A DNA stretch of 64,000 bases from Perna viridis (lineage: Eukaryota), in contig CM074511.1 of the NCBI GenBank assembly GCA_037379345.1, positions 55,558,862-55,622,861 of the forward strand, written 5' to 3'. Shown here piece by piece: positions 42,101 to 54,503 of the stretch. The notes beneath the pieces were generated by a model. That model ran no database searches, had not been told where the DNA came from, and saw only the letters and a list, made by a program, of their open reading frames with translations. Position 1 is the first letter of the stretch. The number at the start of each line of letters is the position of its first letter. Both the position numbers and the translations under genes were made by a program.

Positions 42101-43806
42101 ATTCCATTGTTGCAATGCAATGAAGGCGCTTATCAAATTCGGTTGCAAGTGGTATCGACCGTTCTTGGTATATCCATTGCCTATTCGTATGCATTGATTT
42201 ACGAGGCAGTTAAGCGCTATCAACCTGTAAGGTTACTCCCATTAAATTAGATCAACGATCAACGTTCAATGAATAATTACAATCAATACAGTACAAATAG
42301 CAGATAAACTCTCCTACTGTAGTGAATAAAAGCTGACTATTATAACGATTTATTTCATTACCATACTATTGATAGAAACATTTGTAAAGGAACTTTTAAG
42401 TAAAGTATATAAATATTTATCACAAAAGAATTGAAATGAAAATCACAAAAGATAATTTGCAGTGTGAAAATTTCAACACGAAATTTCCATGAAATATCTT
42501 CCTGAATATTCAAGAGGACGGAATAAAAAGAGATTTCAACATACAAGCAAATACTACATCAAATGTATAAATATAACCGTATCCATAAGACACGTTTGGA
42601 CAGAATGTTAACAATAGATTAGCTTTTACAATTAATCACAGTCCATGCTTCGACAATTCTAACATAACCTCAGAGTATCTATTTACATATAAAGAAGTTT
42701 ATCTATTTCATCAAAAAAAAAAAATAATAATAATAACAAAAATATAAGACATTAATGGAACATTAAGTGATGCCCGCAACGAAATGACAAAAGAAGAGGA
42801 TGACAAAATGACTCGAAAACATTATTGAAATTTATGGATCCGTTTTATCGGACACGCAATTTCTCTGAGGGTATCACATAGCACGTCATAACTTTGTGCG
42901 GAAAGGTATGAAAACACATATAAACTAACAGTAGATAAGTATATATAAAATCGCAACTTCGATTATTTTTTTCTAGGGATTGTTTATGAGGGAAAAAGTC
43001 ACAAATAATGAAATTAGACTTCATCTCTAACAATTCATAGAAAATGTAGCTATGGTATAGATTTTCCTTTATAATTTTCATCAAAACATACCATTAGATC
43101 TACAACAAATAATAAGCGGCGAATAACTGTGAATATATTAATGAATTGTACGCAAGAAATATATTCGACCAGTTTCCGCAATTCATAAACATCGTGAATA
43201 CACACCAAACATAATTTACGTGACTTAGTTTTCATTCAAAAAGCAGTTTTTTTGTTAAAGTGAGTTTTTCAAGCCCTTTAACATTGCAATATTGTAAACA
43301 TAGAATAATTAGGCGTAGATGGCATGGTATACTAGCAGCTACAATAAAGTTTATGTAAGCCCTCCAGTGATTCACACAGCTATATAATTTGATACATTTA
43401 AATTCCAATGATTGCACTTAGTTTAACAATGTTGATCAATGTTAATGAAAATCTCGCGTTTCATTTTTTAGGGGGAAGGGCTTTTGAAGGCATTCTGTAT
43501 ATTGTGCCCGTTTAGTTAATCGTGACTACTACACTTCAGTATCAAAATAAAGGAAAATAATAAATGGAGAGGTTGTAAAATGGAATGAAAACCTTCAAGA
43601 CTCAAATATCTTTTGTTTTCTAGAACAGTCCGTACATTACTTCAATTTTATCAGCGTATCAAGATCAATATGCATATTAACATTAAGAAGGCACATAGCG
43701 ATCCATAGAATTTAGAAACCAGTTCAACAATAGTATTTCACAAAAGATGCACAACAAAAATGGCTTAGAGAAATCATTCTTGACCCACGCAAGCTACCAA
43801 GATCCT

Positions 43807-46800
43807 CTAACGTTTCTTCTTCTTTCTTCCCTTGTTTGTTTTGGTACCACCTGTTACCGGATCCTCCTCTTGTTTACCTCCAGTAGACTCTACTTCTTCT
43901 ATCATACCTTTGGCCTGAAACAGTAAATAATTTTTCATCTTTTGTGTTATTCTATTATTTTGTTTTCATTGTTTTTTGTTTTTTTTTTGGGGGGGTGGGG
44001 GTAGCGGGTTAGAATGTATTTTTTTGTATTAGAATGTGGTTATGTGAAAATTAACTGAGCTAGTAGTCAGAAATTGCAAAACCTGTTAACGATAGCTAAA
44101 ATTTTGTAGTATGAAATACAAGACGCAGCCTTTTTTAATAAAATGTTTTATTTTTCTGTGTTCAACAAAAATCTAGGGAATCCAGATTTTTGCGGAAATC
44201 AAAAAAATGTAATCCAGGGACAAAGACCAGAAATGGAAAACAGACAAACACAATAAAGAACATAAAATAATCAAAATAATACATACATAGTATCAAATGA
44301 GCAAGTTGGACTCCACTAAAAATTGGGAGCATGGACCAGGTTCACCGGTAGGGTAAGCGTCCTCTGCTTTTCTAGAAACACCCGCCGAGATGCTCATAAA
44401 AAGTCAAGTCCGGGGTAGACAAGTTAAAAATACTTATTAGAAAATAATTAAGTTAGTGTATCATGAACACTGACAACAAATCCGTAAGCCAATAAGTCCG
44501 GACACAACACAAACTGTTACAATAATTAAGGTTACAAGACATATTCACAATTGGCTCATACCCCTATTAACATTTTGAACATATCTTTTCTTACCCAAAC
44601 AAAGAATGTAGCGGCTCCGGCACTAACATCACGGATATGTTCTAATGTATAACCAGAAATTGCCTTTTTAGAAGCCAATGCAGCATCTAGGAAACAGTCT
44701 TTGGGGTCGAATTTTTGGATTTTTCTCATCACAGACTCTCTACCAGTTTTACCAAGTATAGACTGACATGTCTTCCACACCTGAAATATCACAAACATCA
44801 TAGAAATATAACCCCTTGTAACATTGAGCACAATGTAGGTATCAACAATGATATTTTCTAGGAAAAACAGATGCACAAAAATAATTGACTTCGTTATCAA
44901 CTAAACAAACAAGTAAAGTTCATATCAAGGAAATATCCGGACACAATAATGAATTACAAACTCAAATCCAAAGCCAAATCATTTGTTGCTTTACCTTAAC
45001 TTCTTTCATTGTATGACCAAGTAGTAAGAAAGCTCCCATGAGAGATTGATGTACACCATCTGGTGGGTTAGAGTATGTTTTGATTTCAGCAATAGTTTTT
45101 TGGTCCATATTCAGCACTGAGTGTCTCAACTTCTCAATTCTGGCCAACTGATCTCTCAATCGCTGTGCGACCACGATCTGTAAATCAAGCTGGTTGTCAA
45201 AGTTGGCAGCTTTAGCTCTTGCAAGAGCTTTGTCGAGAGCATCAAGTTCTCTTCTTTGAGAAGCATTCTGTAGTTCTGAAATTCAACAAGAAGACTAGCT
45301 TTGAAAGAGACAAATATAAGTAGGATGATACCTAAAATGTTTTACATGAAGTTATGAAGGCAATAAAAACTATTTTCAAAACAATCACTTACCTGTTCTT
45401 TGTTTTGTTTTTTGTTTGGTTGGTTTTTTTTGTTTAAATCATTCTGCTGTAACATTCTCTAATTTAATTTTTTAAATTTTAATTTTTTAAAAGTGTAAAA
45501 AAAATATCCTAAACTTCAGCACATGGGACATTTGGCTACGGTCAACATAAAATAGGGCTCAGTACGTCCTAAAAAAACTCTCAATATACACATTCTGCAT
45601 AACTTTAATGAGTTCAAATTGTAAACAAACCGAATACAATGACGTTATATATCAGGCAAAACCTTATTAAGATGAAGGAGATGTAAAGATTTGTTCTGAT
45701 GTTTTGTGTTGGAATATATAAACTAAACACCAATCCTTGCTGGATGATACTTAGACAGGATGATAAAACAGACCTATGCTTTTAATTTTGGGAGTAATTT
45801 ATGTTTGAATATGTCAAAACATGTTGTAGCTGACATATCTGTATAAAACATATCTTACCTTCCTTAGCCTGTAATAGCTCAAGCCATCTTCTTGCTTTCT
45901 TAACAAATTCGTCATCCTTTCCACCATTACTTTCATACATAGCAATAGCTTTCTCCAGGGAGTATTGGTCCTTCTGTTGGATTGCTCTATCCATAAGTTT
46001 TCTAGCATTTCGCCTCTGAACCTCGTCATCAGATAAGTCCCCGTCATCCTCTGGCACAATTTCTTCCTCTTTGGGTTTCTGCAGGAGTTGCTCCATAAGC
46101 ATTTTAGCGTCATCTTTGTATAACTCAGATGCTGGTTTACGATTAATTTGGTACCTTGCCAGGTGAGTTAGAGTACCATTAACATCTCTATCGTAAATAT
46201 CCATCATATATTCCCCAAAGTCTTCCAGTTTAGTAAGGAACAGCTTGAGACCATCTTGTTCCATTTGTTTAACATCTTCACTATTAGGTGGATCATCAGC
46301 ATGTCTTCTATGGAAAGATGCAACAACACTATCATACCCTGTCGGAGCAGGAATCAATATTTCCGGTTCAGATGTTTCCACTGTTTCTATAATGACATTT
46401 GGTTCTTTCTTGTCGTCTTTCATAGTATCAATCTTTTCTTCGTCTATTCCATGACCATCTGACTCGATGAGATAGGAATGAACATTGTAAACACGTGATG
46501 GGTTGTTCTTTTCCCGAGCGAATACATTGAGAGAATATTCTCCTTCAATAGGCATGTCCATATCAAACGTCCAGGTCCCATTCTTGTTAGTTGGTTTGAC
46601 CGTCATGTATTTTCTAGCATTTGGATCATTGCTATGTATTTCACAAACAAGTTCGACATCATTTCGTGCTTTGAAAGTAACCGAAGCCTTTCCATCTTTT
46701 GTGACTACTGAACCACCTGGGTGACTTACAGCTTTAACTCCAAGTTTCTCCGATATAGATTTCGTACCAATCTTTCCATCTGTAACATTCGGGAAAGGTT

Positions 46801-49800
46801 CGTTAGTTCCCTTTTCAATAAACTGCACTAAATAGTTCAGAACGTTTGAAGCATCACCATCCTCGCCCTCGTCATTTGCATAAAGCTTCAAAGCATACTC
46901 GCCATTTTGTGGTAATCTTAAATGAACGGTAAACTCGCCATTCTCTTCACGGATGACTGCGTATTTACTCAAAGTTGCCTCGTCTACTATTGCGTTCTTT
47001 AGCAGTTGATGAAGTCGGACATCTTTGTGTGCACCAAGTTTAATGTCAACTTTACCGTCCTTCGATACAATTATTGCTCCATCGTGGCTCTTTGCCTTCA
47101 AACCGGCATTTTTTGCCTCAACACCAGGACCCCAACCTATCTCAGGGCAGTCTGGTAATGGCATACAATTCTTCTGTGCTTCATTACAAGAAATCAAGTA
47201 GGTGCAACACAAGTCAAAAACATCGGACTCTCTTTCATCTAAACCAAAAATGTCCATTTTAAATTTGCCAACAACTGGAAAACGCAATGCAAATCGTAAT
47301 AAATCAGAATTATGCTCAAACATAACAAATCTTTCCAACGACAAATTACCATCATCAAGTCCACTTTCTGCACGGTTTTGATACAACATATATTTGAATC
47401 TGAAATATTCACTTTTCTCCTTCGGAAGTCCGAATTCTAATCCAATTTCCCCTTTAGGTGCATTAAGTTTACACAGATCCTTACTCTTGTCAGTGTAAGA
47501 CATGTCTAAGTAATAGAATCTTTCACGAACATACGTGTGGTTCTCAAAATCAGCCACTGTGCGTGGTTTTTCCAAAAGTTGCCAAGCTTTTTCATCCGGG
47601 AAATGTGTCCAGACAAACTGGTCAGGATCGGGTAAGAAATAAAACTCGTTTACTCTGTGTTGTGTTTCTCCTTCAGAGGTCTCCTCATCATCCTGTGTGA
47701 CGTTGCCGTCTGTATCGACCAATGTCCATTCGCCAGATTTTTTACCGACGACACAAGCAGAGGCCCAAAAAGCGTCGACGAATCTCCATTCGCCGTCAAT
47801 ATACACGGCATTCCACTGAGCACCCATCATTTTACGGTCCACTTTGTTACCAACTTCGTATGCAGCACTTTTGTTCATACCACTGATAATAACGCAGGGT
47901 ACACCGGCCATTCTGCAAAATAAAAAAAAATATTTCTAGTCAACAAAATTTCCATCCTTTATATATGTATGGTTCATTCTGCTTGACACCAATTAGGAAT
48001 GGCACTGGTTGACAGTGATTTATATGATACATGTTTTAGTAATGTTTATTGGACTTGAGAAAGTTTTTACCATTTTTCTATTATCAGTTCATTTGACATT
48101 AAATCTGCAAATGGAATGATGATACTGCAAGATGAAAACTGGTACAAGAGAGTTATTGTATTACTTCATAATTTTACTAAACTGCTTTCGTTGGCAAATC
48201 AAAATATATGAGCTTGCAAACACTACAAAAAAGCCAATCAGTGAACATTAGTCTTCAATTCCACTGAAGTCACTAATACTTACTGACATAATCCCGATAT
48301 AAGATGGGCGTGGTTACCCATATTTTTCTGTATTTTGATAAAGTATTCTAGAGGAGAATGGGTAGGTGGGTCACTCTCTGTCTTGAGACTATACACGTCT
48401 ACTGAGGTCACCCATCTAAAGATGGCGCGCACTTTACTCATATCATCCCAGTTCGGATCCTTAGTTATATAGGCGATCAACTCCTTAAAAGTGCCCACTA
48501 TCAAATTGGGAGGAGACTGAAAAAAAAATGCATTTTTATTCGAAAATACTAAACACAAGCTCAGTTGTAGCATTTTATTTAAACAATTTATATCCATGAT
48601 TCTTCTGACAAGTAATTCTATGGAAGAAAAAATGGTTTGATATAAAATCGAGTTTTAACAGGCAAGAAGGTCGTATAGAAGTTTTTTTTTTCATTCCATC
48701 TGATGTTGTGTACGTGTGACGGATTGTATTTGTTTCGTGGATATAGTTTCATAAAATTTCTTATCAAAAACTTTTTTCAGAAAACAATGGGTATAATGTC
48801 ATTAATCATTTAATCATGAAAGTTGATAAGTTTCCTTCTAATATCAAAAAACTGTCTCGTTATAACAACATAGTAATATAACGAGTTTTAAAAAATGCAT
48901 ATAATTTGTTATTCTAATTCCGGGTGTTGAGATACATAAATTCGAAATGGATTCATGCTGCCTTGTTGTGACATCAAAGTTAACCAAGCGTATGGAATCA
49001 CACCCAGTTTGGCTCGAAATAACTTACGTTGAGTGCATAATCATCAACTTGTTTGAATCTTTCAATCTGAAACACTTCTGCTTTCCGTCTTTTTGGGGGG
49101 CATGGTGGAGGAACCTGGGGTTTGGATGATTTCCCTCTGTCTGTATTTGTGGTTTTCGGGCGAGAATCCTAAAAAATGAATCAAAATAATTAATCCTCAA
49201 AACAGTTAAGTTTCAAATTTTCTGGTGTATGATAATATGGGAGGGAAAATTGGCATTGGGTGTTTTAATGTAAGATGGGTGGGATGAGGTGGTGATTTCT
49301 TTTATGTAGTGATAACATTTAACTTGATTGAAACAACGAAGAACTATAAAGGATTACATGTAATGTTGCATAGAAAAATTAAAAGTGCTATGGGGAAATA
49401 TTGGGAGTGAGATTAATTCTCTAAGAGGTATTGAATCGAATATGTACATGGTGCATGAGAATTTGGGGTTAATGGATGTGGTAAGTGGGAAGCAAACATT
49501 ATCTAAGAGTTATACATAATACAAAACTTAATTATAGTCTTTCATTTTTTTTCATTTACGTGATAATATAATTATTTCAGTTAACTTTAGATATCATTTG
49601 ATTGACTCGCAATCATAAAAGACCTTATCAAGTAAAAAAAAATATCCCACTGGTAAAGCATGTGGATATTGAAATCGTGTCTGCCTACTTCAAAAGTAAA
49701 AATGTTGATTAATAAGTATTAATTTTAAGATAATGCAAGTCATTTAATACAACTATACAACATCTATCACTCGGTGCAATAAACAATAATGTCAACTAAA

Positions 49801-51443
49801 TATGACACACGTAGTCACTTAAAAAAAGAAAAACGGTGCTCACAGAGTCGTGAGACAAGCATGTTTTAAAACTCAACGACAGTGAAAGAAAGGGTGACTG
49901 ATAGCATACAACTGGGAAAATTGAGTCAATTGTAGAAATTAATGCCTTGATTCCTGTAAAGGCTTAAAGTCATACAGTATTTCATAACATAATAATGGCG
50001 TAAATTTAAATAGTACTTCATGGAGAGGTTGTATAATGCAGCCTTGTGTTACATAATAAATTTTAATTTCGTTTTAAAGCCTCCTACACTCATATATCCC
50101 CAAAAATGTTGAATATTTCATTTATACAGCTTTGATAATTAAAATAAGGTTTAAATTGTCTAATAAGACAAGTCTAATTGAAACACGTTTTAAAAGTATT
50201 TTGCTATTTCTGAAATTTTCGGATGGAGAATTGAAATTATGGCTAGGATATTGGTTCGAACTATATTAAGTATGTTATTCAGAGGGCTGCTACCTTATTT
50301 GAAAATGATTAATATCAGTCAAGTTTTGTCATAAAATACTTTTCACAGTTAAATTTATGGTAAAATTTTAAAGCTATTTGTTTTAAAATCGTGTACAAAG
50401 AATAAATCTTGATCAGATGATAATGCAAATAAAAATTATGATATATCTATTAATTTTCGTATTTTTTATTACTATCCACATGCAAAATAAAAAGGCATTT
50501 ATTATAACAAAATACAAAATCTTTTGTATTTACTTATACCACGAAAAAACTACATACATGAAGAATAGAGTTTGTAACACTCAGGCTTTTGGGTCAATTA
50601 TTATAGGTTTTCCCAGAAGAGGAGCACTATAAAGAAAATTTACATTTGCGACTACAAGTTTTTCTATAGATCATCTATGAATTAAAACATTGAATATTAA
50701 AACATGCACGTACAAGTATAAATGAAATCATTCATTTATAATGTATATCTATAGAATTGGAACAAAGGTAAAAAGGAAAAAATATTTATAATTTTTTGGT
50801 AAAATTAGAGCAAGAATCTAAGTAGAAAGTTTTATACCTGTTTCAACCGCTCTTCATTCTTTCTTATACATTTATGTCGTAATAATTCTATTCTGCAACT
50901 CTCACGGTCGTTTGAAATTGCTTAAAACCCATCTCAAACCATATTCACTAAAATCTTAATTGCTTTATATCCTAAAATTTTCTTTTTATAGCCATTAATG
51001 GGTCTTCAAATTTTGCAAGTGAATTTAAATGTTGAGAACTAAAAACTTTATGTTGTGTCATAAAGGACCTTTTAAACTTTATTTTGTAACCACACACATT
51101 TGATTGAGAAAGTTACAACTTATTCACGTGTTTCTCTTTCGTAACTTGAAATTTAACATTAAACAATATTTTTGTGGTCTCATCAATATTTGTAATCATT
51201 ACATCTTATAATAGATGTTGTTCTTTTTTATGATTTTGTTTTAAATAATTAAGACTTACAGTCTGTCGTTAATATTTTGAATTAATCTTTAAATTTCATA
51301 ATTTAAAATCATAGATTGAAACAGGTTATTATAAGTGCAAGCAGACTCACAGGTGCCTTTTGTGTTTCGCCATTTACTTTGCTAACTTGAGGTGAAGACC
51401 TGGGTCTATCTTGTTTGACCTGAGAACTTGACCCGGAACCCAT
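43807..51443 (-). CDS. Paralog E: putative N-myristoylated KY/hillarin-like TGc pseudo-enzyme + Ig-like repeats + dynein-MTBD-like domain with polybasic C-terminus (~1031 aa)
   Basis: Exons 51443-51351 (aaacaccATGG, MGSGSS...), 49168-49028, 48516-48284, 47912-45859, 45275-44995, 44780-44595, 43914-43807 (...GRKKKKR*); sum 3096 nt, all GT-AG, open frame. Confidence 0.92.
43900..45108 (-). other. Dynein stalk MTBD-like domain coding region of paralog E (split over three exons)
   Basis: Spliced translation MDQKTIAEIKTYSNPPDGVHQSLMGAFLLLG...WKTCQSIL...IQKFDPKD...YTLEHIRDVSAGAATFFVWAKG follows the dynein MTBD pattern E-[IV]-[KR]-x4-PP-x2-V...LLG...W...F-[DS]...S-x-A...W. Confidence 0.78.
44176..44423 (-). 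mobile_element. Short 3'-end copy of the same retroelement family in the last intron of paralog E
   Basis: Shares aatgtaatccagggacaaagaccag...gggtaagcgtcctctg...aagtcaagtccggg with the other copies. Confidence 0.75.
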
Positions 51444-52950
51444 GGTGTTTTAGACTCTTCTAGACGATCATCACATGTCCATTAAAGAAATCTGAAACAA
51501 CAAATAATCTTTTGAAATGTCGTTCTTGTGTAATCAAAACTTGCCTTATCATAATACATTGTAGCATATATCCCAGTTACAATGTTGGGCGGGGAGGGGG
51601 TTCGTTCCACATACGTCAGTATAGTATTTATAGAAAAATGGAGCAGAATGGAATCTGTAACAACAGGAATAAAAAAATACTGTCTCAGATATTCAGCATG
51701 CATGTAAAAACTAAGGTAAACAGTTCGACTATAAATATGGACAAACAAAATGAGACGCACGTCGTGTGACAAATCTTACCTGTCAAAATTTTCTGGATTG
51801 AAATAAATGTAACAAACAATCATATCTTTCCTAAGTAAATTGTATAAAGATTGGTTATTTTTTGATTGACCTGCAGTCTCACAGAGGGGATAACTGTATC
51901 GATAAGGGGGCCACACATGTCTTACAAAACTATGGTTGTAGGATGTAAAATATTATCTCTAAACTTACAAGTAAAAAGTCTTGTCTAACGGGTGTATAGA
52001 AGTATATAAATTATTATTTATTTAACTCTATTAAATATTCTGTTTGCAACGACAGAATTGGCTTCTCAAAATTCTAATAATTTATTATTCAGTCATTCTA
52101 AAGAAGATCGTGCTCTAAACCAAACACTTGTCAGATAGTTTTATAGACCGTCCAAAACTAATAGATAATTCTTTACATAGTTCCGCTATTAGGTTCTCTT
52201 TTTCTAAAGTAACGAGTGTAGCATATTGTGTATAACACTTATAAATGATGGATTTAAAACAAATACTCAGTTCTAGAACGGGAAATTTTTGCTGCTGACA
52301 AATCTGATAAAAAGCAACTAAAATCTCATTTCTTATACAGCAAATGCTAATATTGCCAACACTTTCGTAAAAGTTATAAATATATAAATAATAAACACTG
52401 TCAGTAAAAAAAATCAAGATTAAGCTTTATCATTCAAACGGCTATAGAAAATAAGCCTTACTTTAAAAAGATCACATGAACTTACTCCACAACAATGCGA
52501 TTATTAAAAAAAAAATTGAACGAGTTTGAACATTTATAACATGGCACTGACGGCAAAGAACTACAAGGGGATTATATATATATAAATGACATTGTTTAAA
52601 TAAGATGGGTGGATAAAGCTAAATATAGAGGTCAGTTAGCTTCTTTTATGTTTTAATAGATACTTGACATATTACTATAAAAGAAGAACACGGAAGATCC
52701 TTATCAATAAAAATTATTAAGAGAAGAAAGCTTTATTATCCATCTTCTCTGAGTAAATACATGGATAAAAGAAAGAGAATCCAAGGCTGGTGCAGACACT
52801 TTTTAATTAAAATAGTTCAATGGACCAGTAATCCGACCCTTATCGGCCTATTGTAGCCGATGGACATATCAAACACATGTTGTATTTATGAAAGCGACGG
52901 TGAACTTAAAGTTCCATGCAACAAATACAAATAATCATGGTCGTCTACCT

Positions 52951-53310
52951 AAAAGAGTAATCAAGGGAACCAAGGTTATAGCGGTAATCAAAAGAATGTA
53001 ATCCAGGGACAAAGACCAGACATGGGAAACAGACATACACAACAAAGAACATGAAGTAACTAAAATCACACATACAAAGTAACAAAAGCAAATGAGCAAC
53101 TCGGACTCCACTAAAAACTGGGAGCATGGACCAGGTGCACCGGTAGGGTAAGCGTCCTCTGTTTTTCTAGAAACACCCGCCGAATTGCTCATAAAAATTC
53201 AAGTCAAACGACTTCAAGTAGACAAACGAGGAAAGGAAAACTATGACCCATTGAATAAATCAGTTTTCATGGTGCAGATGGATACACAATAACTATCCAC
53301 TAGTTCATGA
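52951..53310 (-). mobile_element. 3'-end copy of the same retroelement family upstream of paralog E
   Basis: Near-identical to 31648-32000 (aagagtaatcaagggaacc...aaatcagttttcatggtgc). Confidence 0.8.
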
Positions 53311-54503
53311 TAAAATTGTTGATTGGACAACAACAAAACGGTAATAAATACAATTGATAGAAATACATCTTGAGATGTTTAGTAAACCAGGTTATCACTG
53401 TAAATACAATAGTGACAACTTCACGCGTACAGAACTGCTTATTTACTGTGCAAAACAAGATTATATGTATATGAAATTATTGAACTGAATTAAAATGGCG
53501 AATAACCTTGGTATAAGATTCTTCAACTTTTGAACCTATAGGTTTTACGTACCATTCTGTGTAAGAATCAGGCAATGGGTGGCACGTCATTTTTTTCTCA
53601 ATTTAGTCTTTATTGCCTAAAATATATTCAATACATCTAGAAAAGAACTGAAAAGCTATCTAAATTCACCCAAGAGCATCTGTGACGTAATATTTTTTAC
53701 TGCTTATGTAGGTTGGGAAATGTTTCCGCCAATTTTTCAGTGCATTTCAACTAAATTTCACCAATCAATATCTTAAAAAGGCAAACTTTACAAACAATTA
53801 GACATTTCTAGATGTTATGAGATATAAAAATACTTGGATAATGGAAAAAATCTGCGTCTTTTTCTTCATGTGCTACAGCTTATATACATTTTGCCTGGTT
53901 CTAAGACAGAGAAGTATTTAAGGTACTGGCATTTCAGAATACAGTTGAAACAATTATGTTAACGTCATTAGAATTCTGAGATTCTTCAGAAGTCGCCCGT
54001 CGGATTTTGCCGGAACAATTAATTCTTATGAAAGTCATTCTGGTGCCGGAATATAGTAACTTATCACAGAGACTGTAAAACCACGAATAGCACACTACGA
54101 ATAATGGCCATAATTCACGGTTTTACTTGTTAAACTTGATCATACTCATGGGAATATCATCGTCATACATTTTGATTTTCAAGATTTATCATGCAGTTTT
54201 CACAAATGACAAATCTTAAATGTCTCTACGATTTTAACTACAATTAAATAGTCTAAATCTGAAAGTTTGATATCAAACATGATACCAGTTTATAATTGAC
54301 ACGTGTATCTACTTTAAATCTTTCCGATTGTGTGAAAATTTGTAATAATTAGTCTTTGATTCTATCAAAAAAGTCATATCCATTTCTTTTGAATATTTCG
54401 ATTCACGTCACTGCTTCCTAATGATAGTCTTACTAAGTAAAACGCCCTTCAGTTTGAACCCGTGTATTCATTTGTAGTCTAAAAATCTACTGATTACTTC
54501 AGC

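Noticed and set aside
43807-45275. A separate dynein heavy-chain gene or pseudogene
   Set aside because: No AAA domains or long stalk are present, and the exons are phase-compatible with the upstream TGc/Ig exons in four paralogs.
884-47911. Treating the five 640-740 aa ORFs as complete single-exon or prokaryote-style genes
   Set aside because: Each has a splice acceptor near its start and a donor before its stop; the ORF ends are intronic read-through.
825-47923. Plus-strand ORFs overlapping the large exons (e.g. 825-1073, 13944-14321, 24336-24635, 46245-46724)
   Set aside because: Antisense shadows of the minus-strand coding exons, with no recognisable motifs or splice support.
180-51443. 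Assigning the gene symbols KY, Hil or ltd-1, or a LIM domain
   Set aside because: No LIM-type Cys/His pattern is present in the N-termini, and orthology cannot be determined without a phylogeny.
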